DNA from: an uncultured Verrucomicrobiae bacterium
Lineage (GTDB): Bacteria; Verrucomicrobiota; Verrucomicrobiia; Chthoniobacterales; JAFAMB01
Direction: 5' to 3'
Length of the DNA stretch: 64,000 nt
Assembly: GCA_963775805.1 (NCBI GenBank)
Contig: CAVZKG010000005.1
Span: 337,234-401,233 of the forward strand
Shown here one piece after another: positions 8,033 through 17,825 of the stretch. A model generated the notes under the pieces. The model was not told the DNA's origin. It made no database searches and worked only from the letters and a program-made list of their open reading frames with translations. The first letter of the stretch is position 1, and the number at the start of each line of letters is the position of its first letter. Made by a program: the position numbers and the translations under genes.

Positions 8033-9787
8033 GTGTATCGCTCTTTATGGGTTCTATTTGCGGCGGCACTGCTCTCGTTTGAAAGTGCCACTGCGGCAAG
8101 TGACGCGATTGTCTGGCAGCCCTGGTCCAATTCGATCTTTGACCAGGCCAAACGAGAGGGGCGTTTCGTTCTACTCGACCTCGGGACAAGCTGGTGTCAC
8201 TGGTGCCATGTCATGGAGGATGTCACCTACCGGGATCCGGCTGTGACTCGTTTAATCGGGCAACGCTATCTCGCTGTCCGGGTCGACGCCGATTCGCGCC
8301 CTGATTTATCGAATCGATACGAGGACTACGGCTGGCCGGCGACCGTCGTTTTTAATAACGACGGCAGCGAGATCGTAAAACGGCGCGGTTACCTTCCTCC
8401 CGAGCAAATGGCCTCGATGTTGCAGGCTATCATCGACGATCCAACGCCCGGTCCTTCTGTCGTCGCAGAAACGCCTCTCGTTCCAAGCGGTGCGGATACT
8501 ATCAATCCGGGGAAGAGGAACGAATTACGCCAGACTTTGGTTGAAAGTTATGACCATATCAACCTGGGCTGGGGTAGCGGTCAAAAATTCCTCGATTGGG
8601 ATACGATCGAGTATTGCATCACCCAGACCTTGCGTGGTGATCGGGCGCTGGAACGAATGGCGCGTGAAACGCTCGGTGCGCAACTTAATCTGCTCGATCC
8701 AGCATGGGGTGGAGTCTACCAGTATTCGACCGACGGAGATTGGGTCCATCCGCACTTTGAAAAGATTGTGCAGATGCAGGCTGAAAACCTTCGAATCTAC
8801 GCACTTGCATACGCGTTATGGCATGATGAAACCTATTTGGAAGCAGCAAACCGAATTCGTGATTATCTGCGGGAGTTTCTAACCTCTCCCGATGGTGCAT
8901 TTTACACAAGCCAGGATGCAGACCTCGTCGACGGCGAGCATGCGGCGGGTTACTTCAAGCTCAGCGATAGCCAACGACGAACGCAGGGCATCCCGCGGGT
9001 CGACACTCATGTTTACGCTCGCGAAAACGGTTGGGTGATTAATGCCCTGACGGTGCTCTACTCGGTTTCCGCTCAGAAGGCAGCGCTTGCGGACGCGATC
9101 CGATCGGCCCTTTGGATTTGCGATCATCGAGCGCTCCCCGGTGGCGGGTTCAGGCACGATGAAACAGACGATTCCGGCCCTTATCTCGGCGACACGCTAT
9201 CGATGGGACGAGCCTTTCTGGCGTTATACAGCTGCACAGGGGATCGTTCCTGGCTCCAAAAGGCGATGGGCTCGGTCGACTACATTTCGAAGAACTTTTC
9301 AACCGATGTTGGATTTGTCACGAGTCCGAACATTGGCGGGATCAAATCGAAGCCGCAGCTGGATGAAAACGTGAATCTGGCCAGACTGGCTTGTCTATTA
9401 TGGCACTACACCGGGGAGACCGGTTACAGGACCATCGCCGAAAGAGCAATGCGCTACGTCAACAACCCAGCCGCAATCGAACATCGAGGGTACCAGGTGG
9501 CTGGCGTACTTCTGGCCGCCGACGAACTGGAGTTGTCGCCGCCACATATCACCGTCGTCGGGCATAAAGATGATCCGAAGGCCGAGGAACTCTTCCGAGC
9601 GGCTATTCGCCAACCGATCACATTCAAACGCATCGAATGGCTTGATGACCGTGAAGGGGCGCTCCCAAACCCAGACGTTGCATATCCGACCTTGCCAAAG
9701 GCCGCCGCTTTTTTCTGCACGGACCAAGCCTGTTCTGCCCCTGTTTTTGTCGTCGCGGCATTGGTCGCCGAGATTTCGAAGCGTTGA
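8033..9787 (+). CDS. Secreted thioredoxin-domain protein, DUF255/YyaL-like (thioredoxin fold plus alpha/alpha-toroid)
   Basis: GTG start. Signal peptide MYRSLWVLFAAALLSFESATAASD. DUF255 hallmark LLDLGTSWCHWCHVMEDVTY. The long C-terminal part resembles six-hairpin glycosidase-like/N-acylglucosamine 2-epimerase-like folds. Confidence 0.8.
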   Translation: MYRSLWVLFAAALLSFESATAASDAIVWQPWSNSIFDQAKREGRFVLLDLGTSWCHWCHVMEDVTYRDPAVTRLIGQRYLAVRVDADSRPDLSNRYEDYGWPATVVFNNDGSEIVKRRGYLPPEQMASMLQAIIDDPTPGPSVVAETPLVPSGADTINPGKRNELRQTLVESYDHINLGWGSGQKFLDWDTIEYCITQTLRGDRALERMARETLGAQLNLLDPAWGGVYQYSTDGDWVHPHFEKIVQMQAENLRIYALAYALWHDETYLEAANRIRDYLREFLTSPDGAFYTSQDADLVDGEHAAGYFKLSDSQRRTQGIPRVDTHVYARENGWVINALTVLYSVSAQKAALADAIRSALWICDHRALPGGGFRHDETDDSGPYLGDTLSMGRAFLALYSCTGDRSWLQKAMGSVDYISKNFSTDVGFVTSPNIGGIKSKPQLDENVNLARLACLLWHYTGETGYRTIAERAMRYVNNPAAIEHRGYQVAGVLLAADELELSPPHITVVGHKDDPKAEELFRAAIRQPITFKRIEWLDDREGALPNPDVAYPTLPKAAAFFCTDQACSAPVFVVAALVAEISKR

Positions 9788-9999
9788 GCGGCGAAGCGGT
9801 GTCGGCTATCGTCGCCGTCATGAATGATGAGAGAGATTTGAAGTCATACGAAGAGCGGGCGTGGCAATATTTTCTGCAATTGCAACCGACCATCACCGAT
9901 GTCAACGCGGCGGCTGAGTTGGCCTTTCGAGCCGTGGATGCCTTCAACAAAGGGCTCCAGAAGAGGAGATCTCAGGAATCCCGAGAAGTTGGCTCCTGA
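9784..9999 (+). CDS. Small hypothetical ORF (71 aa), doubtful
   Basis: TTG-initiated ORF overlapping the DUF255 stop and running into the tRNA-Asn 3' end. No recognisable motif. Confidence 0.2.
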   Translation: MSGEAVSAIVAVMNDERDLKSYEERAWQYFLQLQPTITDVNAAAELAFRAVDAFNKGLQKRRSQESREVGS

Positions 10000-10064
10000 G
10001 GTAGGATTTGAACCTACGACCAATCGGTTAACAGCCGACCGCTCTACCGCTGAGCTACTCAGGA
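9990..10064 (-). tRNA. tRNA-Asn (anticodon GTT), CCA encoded
   Basis: Manual cloverleaf on the minus strand: TCCTGAG-TA-GCTC-AGCGGTA-GAGC-G-GTCGG-CTGTTAA-CCGAT-TGGTC-GTAGG-TTCAAAT-CCTAC-CTCAGGA-G-CCA (75 nt). Confidence 0.92.
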
Positions 10065-10117
10065 GTCTGGTGGGCCAAGACCTTAATCCCGGCCGCGGTT
10101 GATTCAAGCGAAAATTA

Positions 10118-10420
10118 CTACAGCATTCCAGGAGGCAGTCCAAGTCCGGATGTCAGACGACCCACTTCACTTTGTGCCAGGGCTTTGCCCTTTTCGATCC
10201 CCTGTTTGACCACGCTTAGAATCAGGTCTTCCAGCATTTCTGTGTCTTCCGGATCAACGACTTCCTTGGCGATCTTGATCGAGAGGATGTCGCCGAGACC
10301 ATTCGCAACGGCCGTAATTTTCCCGCCACCGACACTGACCTCAACGGTCCTCGTTGCCAACGCCTCGTTCAGCTGCTCTTGCATCTTTGCAGCCTGCTTC
10401 ATCATTTTCTGGATATTCAT
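10118..10420 (-). CDS. ybaB: Nucleoid-associated protein YbaB/EbfC
   Basis: 100 aa. MNIQKMMKQAAKMQEQL...VEVSVGGGKITAVANG is typical of YbaB. Lies downstream of dnaX, the conserved synteny. Confidence 0.9.
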   Translation of the reverse strand: MNIQKMMKQAAKMQEQLNEALATRTVEVSVGGGKITAVANGLGDILSIKIAKEVVDPEDTEMLEDLILSVVKQGIEKGKALAQSEVGRLTSGLGLPPGML

Positions 10421-10528
10421 CGTTTAGTTTCCTGTCCCCGAAATAACACACACTTTACCGGAAGTCAGTCGGCGGTTTTTCAAGGCATTTGATCGCAACG
10501 AAGCATATGCAATTTCGAGAAGAGGACA

Positions 10529-12268
10529 CTAAATTTCAGCCTGAATCTCTGCTTTAAACAGTTCCAGTGCTTTTTGAATCATCGGATCGTTTTTGAATTC
10601 GTCCATTGGGTCACCAGCCTTTTGAGCTTTTGCGGTCACTTTGCCTGGAGTTGGGAGATCATCACGAAATTCGAAATCCAGCTTCCACGCACCTCCCAGA
10701 ACCTCCCCGGCAACTTCTTCGAGCAGTTTCCGGTTGTTCGGCCGGGATAACGACTCGACCGCAATGACTTGATTATTTGGGAATGCCAATTTTAGCGTTC
10801 CAGGCTCAGGGAAAAATGGCGTTGCAGGTTCGAGCCACGAGACAATCAATGGCCGTCGCAACCGAATGGTGTTCAGTATTCGGGGCCATGCCGAATCCCC
10901 AGGCTCTGCCAAAGCCGGTTTCTTCTCTGTCGCCTCCGGCGGTCTTTGTAGAATTTGAGGCTTGTCGGCAGGCACAAGATCCTCTCGCGGGTTGGCCGCA
11001 ATTTCGTCAACGGTCGCTTGTGGCTTCTCCGGCGTTTTCGCCACCGGTTTATCAATTTTCGGAGGTCTTTCAGTCTTTGGCGTTTGAATAGGAGCGGTCC
11101 CGTCCCGCAGGTTCTCCAGAGCATCGATAACGCTCTGCAACCCGACTTCGTTGATTGTCTGAATCGCTCGGATAAGAGCGATCTCCAAATGCAGCTTTTT
11201 GTTTGCAGTCCACTTTATCGTGGCTTCAACCTCCGATGTCGTTTCAATTACTCTCAGGAGTTTCTTCGTTTCAACGACCGGCGCCAGTTCCTCTAACGTC
11301 TCTCGTGCGTGGTCACTGATTTCTTCCCGGAGACTCTGGGGATCAATTTTGAAAATCAAGAGGTTGCGGAAGAACGCCAGCAGATCGCCCAGAAGTTTGG
11401 TCAGATCTTTGCCGGCTTCGGCCTGTTGGTGAACGATCGCAAGTGTGTTTCCTCCATCTTGCTTCAGAACCGACCGAGTCAAATCAGCGACAACGTGTTC
11501 GGCGGTAAGTCCGAATACTTCCAGGACCTGCGCTTCGGCGATTGAACTGCCGCAAAACGCGACCAGTTGGTCCAGCATTGACTCCGCGTCGCGAAGCCCT
11601 CCTTCTGCCGCCACCGCAATCGCCGCAGCGGCTGCCCGGTCTAGGTTCACGCCCTCTTGGCCGGCAATGAACTCCAGATGTTTCGCGATAATCAGAGCCG
11701 GAATCCGCCGCAGATCGAAGCGCTGGCAACGGCTAAGGATTGTGGGCAGAACCTTGTGTGGCTCGGTCGTGGCGAAAATAAAAATCACGTGCGCAGGCGG
11801 TTCTTCCAACGTTTTAAGCAGCGCGTTAAACGCCTGCTGCGTAAGCATATGAACTTCGTCGATAATATAGACCTTATACTTTCCGCGAGGAGCAAACCGA
11901 ACGTTGTCCCGGAGTTCGCGGATTTGATCGACGCTGTTGTTGCTAGCGCCATCGATCTCGAGCACGTCCAGGCTGATTCCCTGGGAAATCTCGATGCACG
12001 AGTCGCAGACTCCGCATGGATTCGCCGTCGGTCCGTGAATGCAGTTGACTGCCTTAGCCAGAATTCGAGCCGTTGAAGTTTTCCCTGTACCGCGTGGGCC
12101 GACAAAGAGATAGGCGTGAGCAAGACGCTGCTGTTGAATCGCGTTCTTCAAGGTCTGGACGACATGATCCTGACCTAGAACGTCGTCGAAAACCTTTGGT
12201 CGATATTTTCGCGCAAAGACTTGATAGCTCACACCCACAATGTAGCCAGGATATGTCCTGCGTCGCAA
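10529..12268 (-). CDS. dnaX: DNA polymerase III subunit gamma/tau
   Basis: YQVFARKYRPKVFDDVLGQDHV, Walker A GPRGTGKTS, zinc module CGVCDSC, DEVHML, SRCQRF. The likely true start is the GTG at 12232 (VSYQVFARKYRP); the upstream ATG at 12268 is the ORF maximum. Confidence 0.93.
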   Translation of the reverse strand: MRRRTYPGYIVGVSYQVFARKYRPKVFDDVLGQDHVVQTLKNAIQQQRLAHAYLFVGPRGTGKTSTARILAKAVNCIHGPTANPCGVCDSCIEISQGISLDVLEIDGASNNSVDQIRELRDNVRFAPRGKYKVYIIDEVHMLTQQAFNALLKTLEEPPAHVIFIFATTEPHKVLPTILSRCQRFDLRRIPALIIAKHLEFIAGQEGVNLDRAAAAAIAVAAEGGLRDAESMLDQLVAFCGSSIAEAQVLEVFGLTAEHVVADLTRSVLKQDGGNTLAIVHQQAEAGKDLTKLLGDLLAFFRNLLIFKIDPQSLREEISDHARETLEELAPVVETKKLLRVIETTSEVEATIKWTANKKLHLEIALIRAIQTINEVGLQSVIDALENLRDGTAPIQTPKTERPPKIDKPVAKTPEKPQATVDEIAANPREDLVPADKPQILQRPPEATEKKPALAEPGDSAWPRILNTIRLRRPLIVSWLEPATPFFPEPGTLKLAFPNNQVIAVESLSRPNNRKLLEEVAGEVLGGAWKLDFEFRDDLPTPGKVTAKAQKAGDPMDEFKNDPMIQKALELFKAEIQAEI

Positions 12269-12596
12269 GACCCGGAGGAAACTGTTCCTCTGACATCGCG
12301 AGTCGCCCGGCTTGCGGTGATTTGCACGGGAGGGTAAACTCTCTCAGTGCGGTATTTTCGGACAGTTCTCTGGCTGATTGTTTTTGCGATTGCCACGTTT
12401 TGCTGGGTCGTCGTCATCGAGCATGGGCCGGAGAATTTCCTCGCAGGCAGCAAGATCGAAATCGAAAATCTAGGGGCACTCGGATCCAGATTTTTCAAAT
12501 AACCGTTCACGACTGTCTTTGCACCGCCCACACGCCCACACGATCCCAAGCACGCCTCCCGTTGACGCGTTTGGGTGAATTCGATATTTTCTTCGG

Positions 12597-13217
12597 GTGT
12601 CGAAGTTTCTTGTCCCCCGTCAGGCAGTCTATCGGCTCTCGATGTACTTCAGGATTGTTGAACGACTATTAAAAGGCCGGATCGACACAGTCTCTTCGGC
12701 AGTCTTGGCAAAAGCGGCGGGCGTTAAACCATCTCAGCTCCGAAAAGATCTCACTTACTTGGGTCAGTTCGGCACACGAGGCCTCGGCTATAAAGTGGAG
12801 TCACTGGAGAAACAGCTTGCAAGGGTCATCAGGACCGCGCGCTTCCAGCCGGTTATTCTGGTTGGAGTCGGAAATTTGGGCACCGCGCTGATCCAATACG
12901 ACGGCTTCGCCAAAGAAGAGTTTGAAATCATTGCCGCATTCGACATTCGTGAAGAAGTGGGAAGAGAGGACCGCTTCGATATCCCCATCCTGCCGAACTA
13001 TCTCCTGAAATCATTCGTGGCTGAGCATTGCGTCAAATTAGCGATTTTGACTGTTCCAGGATCCACTGCTCAATCGGTTGCGAACGAGTTGGTCGAGGCG
13101 GGCATACAGGCCATTCTGAATTTTTCCACTATATTTCTGCAGGTCCCGAACAATGTGGCTGTGAACAACGTCAATCTAGCAATCGAGCTAGAGAATCTGA
13201 GTTATTTCATCAAGTAA
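12597..13217 (+). CDS. rex: Redox-sensing transcriptional repressor Rex
   Basis: N-terminal wHTH (RLSMYFRIVERLLKGRIDTVSSAVLAKAAGVKPSQLRKDLTYLGQFGTRGLGY) followed by a Rossmann segment (VILVGVGNLGTAL). Confidence 0.88.
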   Translation: MSKFLVPRQAVYRLSMYFRIVERLLKGRIDTVSSAVLAKAAGVKPSQLRKDLTYLGQFGTRGLGYKVESLEKQLARVIRTARFQPVILVGVGNLGTALIQYDGFAKEEFEIIAAFDIREEVGREDRFDIPILPNYLLKSFVAEHCVKLAILTVPGSTAQSVANELVEAGIQAILNFSTIFLQVPNNVAVNNVNLAIELENLSYFIK

Positions 13218-13557
13218 GTGCGCGAAACGCAAACTGGCTAAGAATTTCGTTCGAAAGCTTTTGTTTGTTCGCTCGAAAACCGAGTTTCATAGGCACCTTT
13301 CTGCGCTCTCATACGCAGATTGGAACCGGTACTGCTTTGGCTTGCACGATTTTCGAGCTACCGTAGGCACAGTCTAGAATCACCTTGGTTCTGCTTGACG
13401 ACGCAGGTTTCGCACTGTTATCAGTTCGAAACCAAGCGAAATAGCATCGCCCCCCAAAAACGACCGAAGAGCAACGTATCCTCGTCACGGAACTTCGCCA
13501 CGCAGGTCGCGCGAAAAGCAGGGTCTATCCGGAACGATTGGTGAACGAAAAATAATT

Positions 13558-14436
13558 ATGAGTGTGAAGACAAACTATGACGAACTGGAGCAGCTTGCTC
13601 GACGCGGAAGATGGCTTGTGATCAGCACGGTCGCCCGCAGTGGCGCTGGACATGTCGGCGGGCCGATGTCGGCAATGGACCTTTTAATAGCGCTTTATTT
13701 CCACGTTATGAAGGTCAGGCCTGAAGAACCTCGGTGGCCCGAACGGGATCGTTTTATTCTTTCAAAAGGGCACTCGGCTATCGGTCTTTACACAGTCTTA
13801 GCATTGCGCGGTTTTTTACCGGTTGAAGAATTGAAAACATTCGACAAGGAGCACTCCCGGCTTCAGGGGCATCCGGATGTGACCAAGCTCCCAGGGTTGG
13901 AAACTTCGACAGGATCACTTGGACAAGGTCTTTCCGTTGGATTGGGCTTCGCGCTCGGCGCGCGGCTTCGTAGAGAAAAATTTCATACATTTGTCGTGAT
14001 CGGAGATGGCGAACTGCAGGAAGGGATGATCTGGGAGGCAGCCCACATGGCGCCTCGCTACAAACTCGGTAACCTGACCGCCATTTTGGATTGGAACGGC
14101 CTCCAGCAATTCGGATGGCCTCTCGGCCCCGGGGAAGAAAACAGAGGTGACAAGCGCGATCCGTGGGCCGGTACCGATCTGAAAGGAATATTTGAGAAGC
14201 TAGGATGGCGTGTTCTCGAGACCGATGGGCATGATTATTCGAAGCTGATTCCCGTGCTGGAAGAAGCTAAGCGCCATGGTGACTCGGATCGACCCACAAT
14301 GATTTTGGCACACACGATCAAGGGTAAAGGCCTACGCCTGACCGAAGGAAAATATGAATGGCATTCCAAAATCGCAACAAAAGAGGAACTGAAACTCGTC
14401 GCTGAAGAGCTCGGGATTGAGGAGGTGGCCGCGTGA
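13558..14436 (+). CDS. Transketolase, N-terminal (TPP-binding) subunit
   Basis: HVGGPMSAMDLL, SKGHSAIGLY, GSLGQGLSVGLG, GDGELQEGMIWEA. Split-type tkt, with the stop overlapping the C-terminal subunit gene. Confidence 0.9.
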   Translation: MSVKTNYDELEQLARRGRWLVISTVARSGAGHVGGPMSAMDLLIALYFHVMKVRPEEPRWPERDRFILSKGHSAIGLYTVLALRGFLPVEELKTFDKEHSRLQGHPDVTKLPGLETSTGSLGQGLSVGLGFALGARLRREKFHTFVVIGDGELQEGMIWEAAHMAPRYKLGNLTAILDWNGLQQFGWPLGPGEENRGDKRDPWAGTDLKGIFEKLGWRVLETDGHDYSKLIPVLEEAKRHGDSDRPTMILAHTIKGKGLRLTEGKYEWHSKIATKEELKLVAEELGIEEVAA

Positions 14437-15371
14437 AGCCGTTACGTGATGTCTTTGGTGACACTTTGGTCGACCTGGCAAAAACCAACCCGAACGTGCT
14501 TGTTCTGGATGCAGATCTGGCCAACTCCACGAAGGCGGACAAATTTGCCGCGGCGCACCCAGACAAGTTTCTCGAAATGGGAATTGCCGAGCAGAACTTT
14601 GTTGGTGTAGCGGCTGGATTGGCAACTTTGGGGTTTGTCCCCTGGCTATCGTCGTTCACCATATTCTTTACCCATCGCGCAGTCGATCCTATCCGGATGC
14701 TCGTGGCGCAGACCCATGCGAATGTAAAGATCGGGGCGGCGTACGCGGGGCTTTTGACTGGGTACACAGGAAAAACCCATCAAGACGTAGAGGATCTGGC
14801 GATTATGCGTGCCATGCCGGGCATGACGGTTCTGGCGCCCGCGGACGAATTTGAATGCGAGGCAATGATCCGATGGGGAACCGAATACCAGGGACCGGTG
14901 TACCTGCGGCTGAGCCGGGAAGCTGGTCCGGCGGTATTCAATGCGGATTATCGTTTCAGCGCGGGTCGAACCTATCAGTTGCGGGAAGGGAAGGATCTGC
15001 TCATCATTTCCACCGGCACGCAAACCGCCCGTTGCGTCGAGGCAGCAGATTATCTTGCGGAGAAAGGGGTCTCAGCTGGGGTGCTTCACGTCCCATCGAT
15101 CAGGCCGGTGAATTTCGAAGAGATCGTTAATAGCTGCGAGACTGTTCCGATCGTTTTTACCGTCGAGGAACACACTGTCCTCGGAGGACTTGGCGGGCTC
15201 GTCGCGGAGATTCTCACGGAACATCTTCCGAAACGCGTTATCCGGTTCGGAATCGAAGATCGCTGGGGAGAATCTGCTCCGAACGACTATCTCCTGGACC
15301 ATTTCCGGCTCTCCGGTCTGCGCGTCAGCGAGAGGGTTGCTGATTACCTCAAGACTGCCAAGAAAGGATGA
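14433..15371 (+). CDS. Transketolase, C-terminal (pyrimidine-binding) subunit
   Basis: FLEMGIAEQNFVGVAAGLA, HQDVEDLAIMRAMPGMTVLAPAD. Overlaps the N-terminal subunit gene by 4 nt. Confidence 0.9.
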   Translation: MKPLRDVFGDTLVDLAKTNPNVLVLDADLANSTKADKFAAAHPDKFLEMGIAEQNFVGVAAGLATLGFVPWLSSFTIFFTHRAVDPIRMLVAQTHANVKIGAAYAGLLTGYTGKTHQDVEDLAIMRAMPGMTVLAPADEFECEAMIRWGTEYQGPVYLRLSREAGPAVFNADYRFSAGRTYQLREGKDLLIISTGTQTARCVEAADYLAEKGVSAGVLHVPSIRPVNFEEIVNSCETVPIVFTVEEHTVLGGLGGLVAEILTEHLPKRVIRFGIEDRWGESAPNDYLLDHFRLSGLRVSERVADYLKTAKKG

Positions 15372-15398
15372 ATAAGTCTATCAATCGATAGGCGAGAT

Positions 15399-16415
15399 AT
15401 GAGTGGCAAAACGAAAATTGGCGTTGCGTTCGTCGGACTTGGTCGAATGGGTGAAACACATTTGCGCAATGTTGCTGGCCTCTCGCACGTAAAAGTTGTG
15501 GCCGTTGCGGATACCAACCTGGAAATGGCCCAGCGCGGCAAAGTTCTTTCAGGGGCAGAAGTTGCTTATACAGAAGTCGAAAAGGCTATTGCCCATCCAG
15601 GTGTGGACGCCGTTGTGATTGTAACGCCAACTGATACACACGCGCGGCTGATTGAGCTCGCTGTTTTAGCAGGGAAGGCGGTATTCAGCGAAAAGCCAAT
15701 TGCACTCGATCTGGCCGAAACGAAGCGTGTTGTGAGCCTTGTCCGCAAGCAAGGAGTCCCGGTTCAATTAGGGTTTATGCGCCGGTTTGACCCTGGCTAT
15801 GCGCGGGCAAAGGAAAAAATTAATGCGGGTGAACTCGGACGCATCGAGCTGTTTCGGGCACTAAGCCGTGACACCTATCCGCCAAAACTGGAGTTTCTGG
15901 TCAAGAGCGGTGGGATTTTCCTGGATATGGCGATCCACGATCTCGATCTCGCACGCTACCTCGTGGGTGAAGTGGACGAAGTTCATTCGTGGGGAACTGT
16001 CCTGTTCGACAAAAAGTTCTCCGAAGCCAACGATATTGATACGGCTGTCGCGATGCTACGATTCGCCAACGGGGCGCTGGGCGTTATTGAAACGTCGCGC
16101 CATTCGAACTGGGGCTATGATATCCGAACGGAGGTTGCTGGTGCCGTTGGCAAGGTCGTGATCGAGGCCTCGCAAAAAACGCCACTGCTGTTTGCGAAGG
16201 ATTTTGGTTCGCGGTTCGATCACTTCGAGAATTTTCCGGATCGATTTGAGGCTGCCTATCGAGTCGAGATGGAATCATTCTTTTCGGCCCTCATTGAAGG
16301 CAGGCCGGTAGCGCCGGGACCGGAAGATGCCCTGGAAACATTGCGACTTGGGTTGGCTGCAGCCAAAAGCTGGCGCGAAAGCCGGCCGGTCAAAATTGCG
16401 GAAATACAGGAATGA
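15399..16415 (+). CDS. iolG: Gfo/Idh/MocA oxidoreductase, inositol 2-dehydrogenase-like
   Basis: N-terminal Rossmann segment IGVAFVGLGRMG, EKPIAL motif, and adjacency/overlap with iolB. Confidence 0.7.
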   Translation: MSGKTKIGVAFVGLGRMGETHLRNVAGLSHVKVVAVADTNLEMAQRGKVLSGAEVAYTEVEKAIAHPGVDAVVIVTPTDTHARLIELAVLAGKAVFSEKPIALDLAETKRVVSLVRKQGVPVQLGFMRRFDPGYARAKEKINAGELGRIELFRALSRDTYPPKLEFLVKSGGIFLDMAIHDLDLARYLVGEVDEVHSWGTVLFDKKFSEANDIDTAVAMLRFANGALGVIETSRHSNWGYDIRTEVAGAVGKVVIEASQKTPLLFAKDFGSRFDHFENFPDRFEAAYRVEMESFFSALIEGRPVAPGPEDALETLRLGLAAAKSWRESRPVKIAEIQE

Positions 16416-17227
16416 AGCGTCACTACAGGCCGGACAACGAATCGACATACCGGCACGATATTCGCCCGGAAAATGCCGGATGGAAGTATCTCTCTTACAG
16501 CGTCGTAGCTCTTAGCTCCGGCGAAAAGTTCGAAGGAAATACGACAGGTCAGGAAGTTGTCATCGTTCCATTTACTGGACATGCCACGGTTGCTTATAAC
16601 AGTGAGTCCCACACGGTTGGCAGGAAGGATGTCTTCCGTGAACTGACGGATATCATCTATCTGCCCCCGCGCACAGAGTATGTGATCATGGCAGTAGAAC
16701 CGTTCGAGGTCGCGATTGGTGGCGCGCCGGCGTTGGGAAAACTGCCTCCGCGAGTCATCCGACGCGAGGAGATTCCGGCTTCGATACGAGGCGATGCGAA
16801 CGTGAAGCGTGGCGTCAACGCATTGCTGGATTCCGACGAGTCGAGTGAACGCCTGACGGTGTACGAAATCCGCACACCGAGCGGAAATTGGTCAAGTTTC
16901 CCTCCTCATCGGCATGACACGCGTGACAATTCTTCCTATCACGAAGAGACGTACTACTATCGGCTGGCTCCTCCGGATGGTTTTGCAATTCAGCGAATAT
17001 ATACTCGGGACACGGACCTCGATGTCGCCATGACTGTGCAGGACGGAGACTTGATACTGGTGCATGAGGGTTATCATCCCGTCGTGAAAGCCCCAGGCAC
17101 TAACGCCTACTATCTAAATTTTCTTGCTGGCGATGTTAGGAAGATTACGGCAACTAACGATCCCCATTACGATTGGGTAGCAAACCAATGGGACGGCAAT
17201 CCGATCGAGATCCCTGTCAAAGCTTAA
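16412..17227 (+). CDS. iolB: 5-deoxy-glucuronate isomerase (KduI/IolB family)
   Basis: 271 aa cupin-type protein. IolB-like blocks: SFPPHRHD...EETYYY, and NAGWKYLSYSVVAL near the N-terminus. Confidence 0.75.
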   Translation: MKRHYRPDNESTYRHDIRPENAGWKYLSYSVVALSSGEKFEGNTTGQEVVIVPFTGHATVAYNSESHTVGRKDVFRELTDIIYLPPRTEYVIMAVEPFEVAIGGAPALGKLPPRVIRREEIPASIRGDANVKRGVNALLDSDESSERLTVYEIRTPSGNWSSFPPHRHDTRDNSSYHEETYYYRLAPPDGFAIQRIYTRDTDLDVAMTVQDGDLILVHEGYHPVVKAPGTNAYYLNFLAGDVRKITATNDPHYDWVANQWDGNPIEIPVKA

Positions 17228-17240
17228 TCGTTTGAGATGA

Positions 17241-17635
17241 GGCTCGCCAACTTGTGAGCGAGGTGTGTCCAACGAGTTGGCCGGTATTTTCGACAGGGAA
17301 TGCTCCAGCGCACATACGGCGGTGCAGCGTATACGCATCGCAGTCGGTTCAACGCTTCTTTTCTCCAGCGACTGAATATGCGTTCTTTGCCTAAGAGCGC
17401 TATTGCTTCTGCAGCGCTTGCCTATATCCACGAGGGAGACACAATTATTCTCGACGCTGGCAGCACGACTCTCGCTCTTGCACAGATTCTTCCGAGCCGT
17501 ATTCGTTCACTATATGTGATAACCAACTCAGTGCCCGCTGCTCTGGTGCTATCCCAGGCGGGGTACGAGATCCTGCTCGTTTACTCCAGTCTTTCCAACT
17601 TTGTCGCTCGAAGAGATCTCTCTCCATTGTGCTAA
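17241..17635 (+). pseudogene. Decayed DeoR-family (IolR-like) regulator remnant
   Basis: ORF 17300..17635 carries only ...LQRTYGGAAY... plus the first part of a DeoR C-terminal sensor domain (IASAALAYIHEGDTIILDAGSTTLALAQIL...YVITNSVPAALVL), then ends early. An HTH remnant (GVSNELAGIF) lies in a different frame at 17241-17299. Confidence 0.6.
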
Positions 17636-17825
17636 CGCGCGGGCGGGTTCGTTCGATCCGCGTTGCAATGAAATGAGTGTGAAAATAAACGATTAATCGT
17701 CTGGATAGTTGCATTGATTTGTAGCGCCGTGCGCAGGATACAGGTACAGACAAACCACGCGCACAGGCGACGTTATTTACGTTAGTTCAACCGAGGCTGA
17801 CGTGTACCCCATAGTCGACACACGA

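Noticed and set aside
12269-12400. Possible SRP (4.5S/ffs) RNA upstream of dnaX on the minus strand. This is a common synteny, and a GUUUACC string is present.
   Set aside because: The minus-strand sequence lacks the conserved helix-8 elements (GGAAG...AGCAGC and the symmetric/asymmetric loop motifs). Only a 7-nt coincidence remains. It would need a cmsearch with the bacterial small SRP covariance model to revisit.
12556-12596. Rex operator-like GTGAATTCGATATTTTC upstream of rex.
   Set aside because: It contains only one good half-site (GTGAA). The partner half and the spacing do not fit TTGTGAA-N4/6-TTCACAA.
17640-17680. tRNA T-arm-like string GGGTTCGTTCGATCCGCG as a possible tRNA fragment or att remnant.
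   Set aside because: No acceptor, D-arm or anticodon arm can be built around it, and the T-loop register is broken by a 3-nt insertion.
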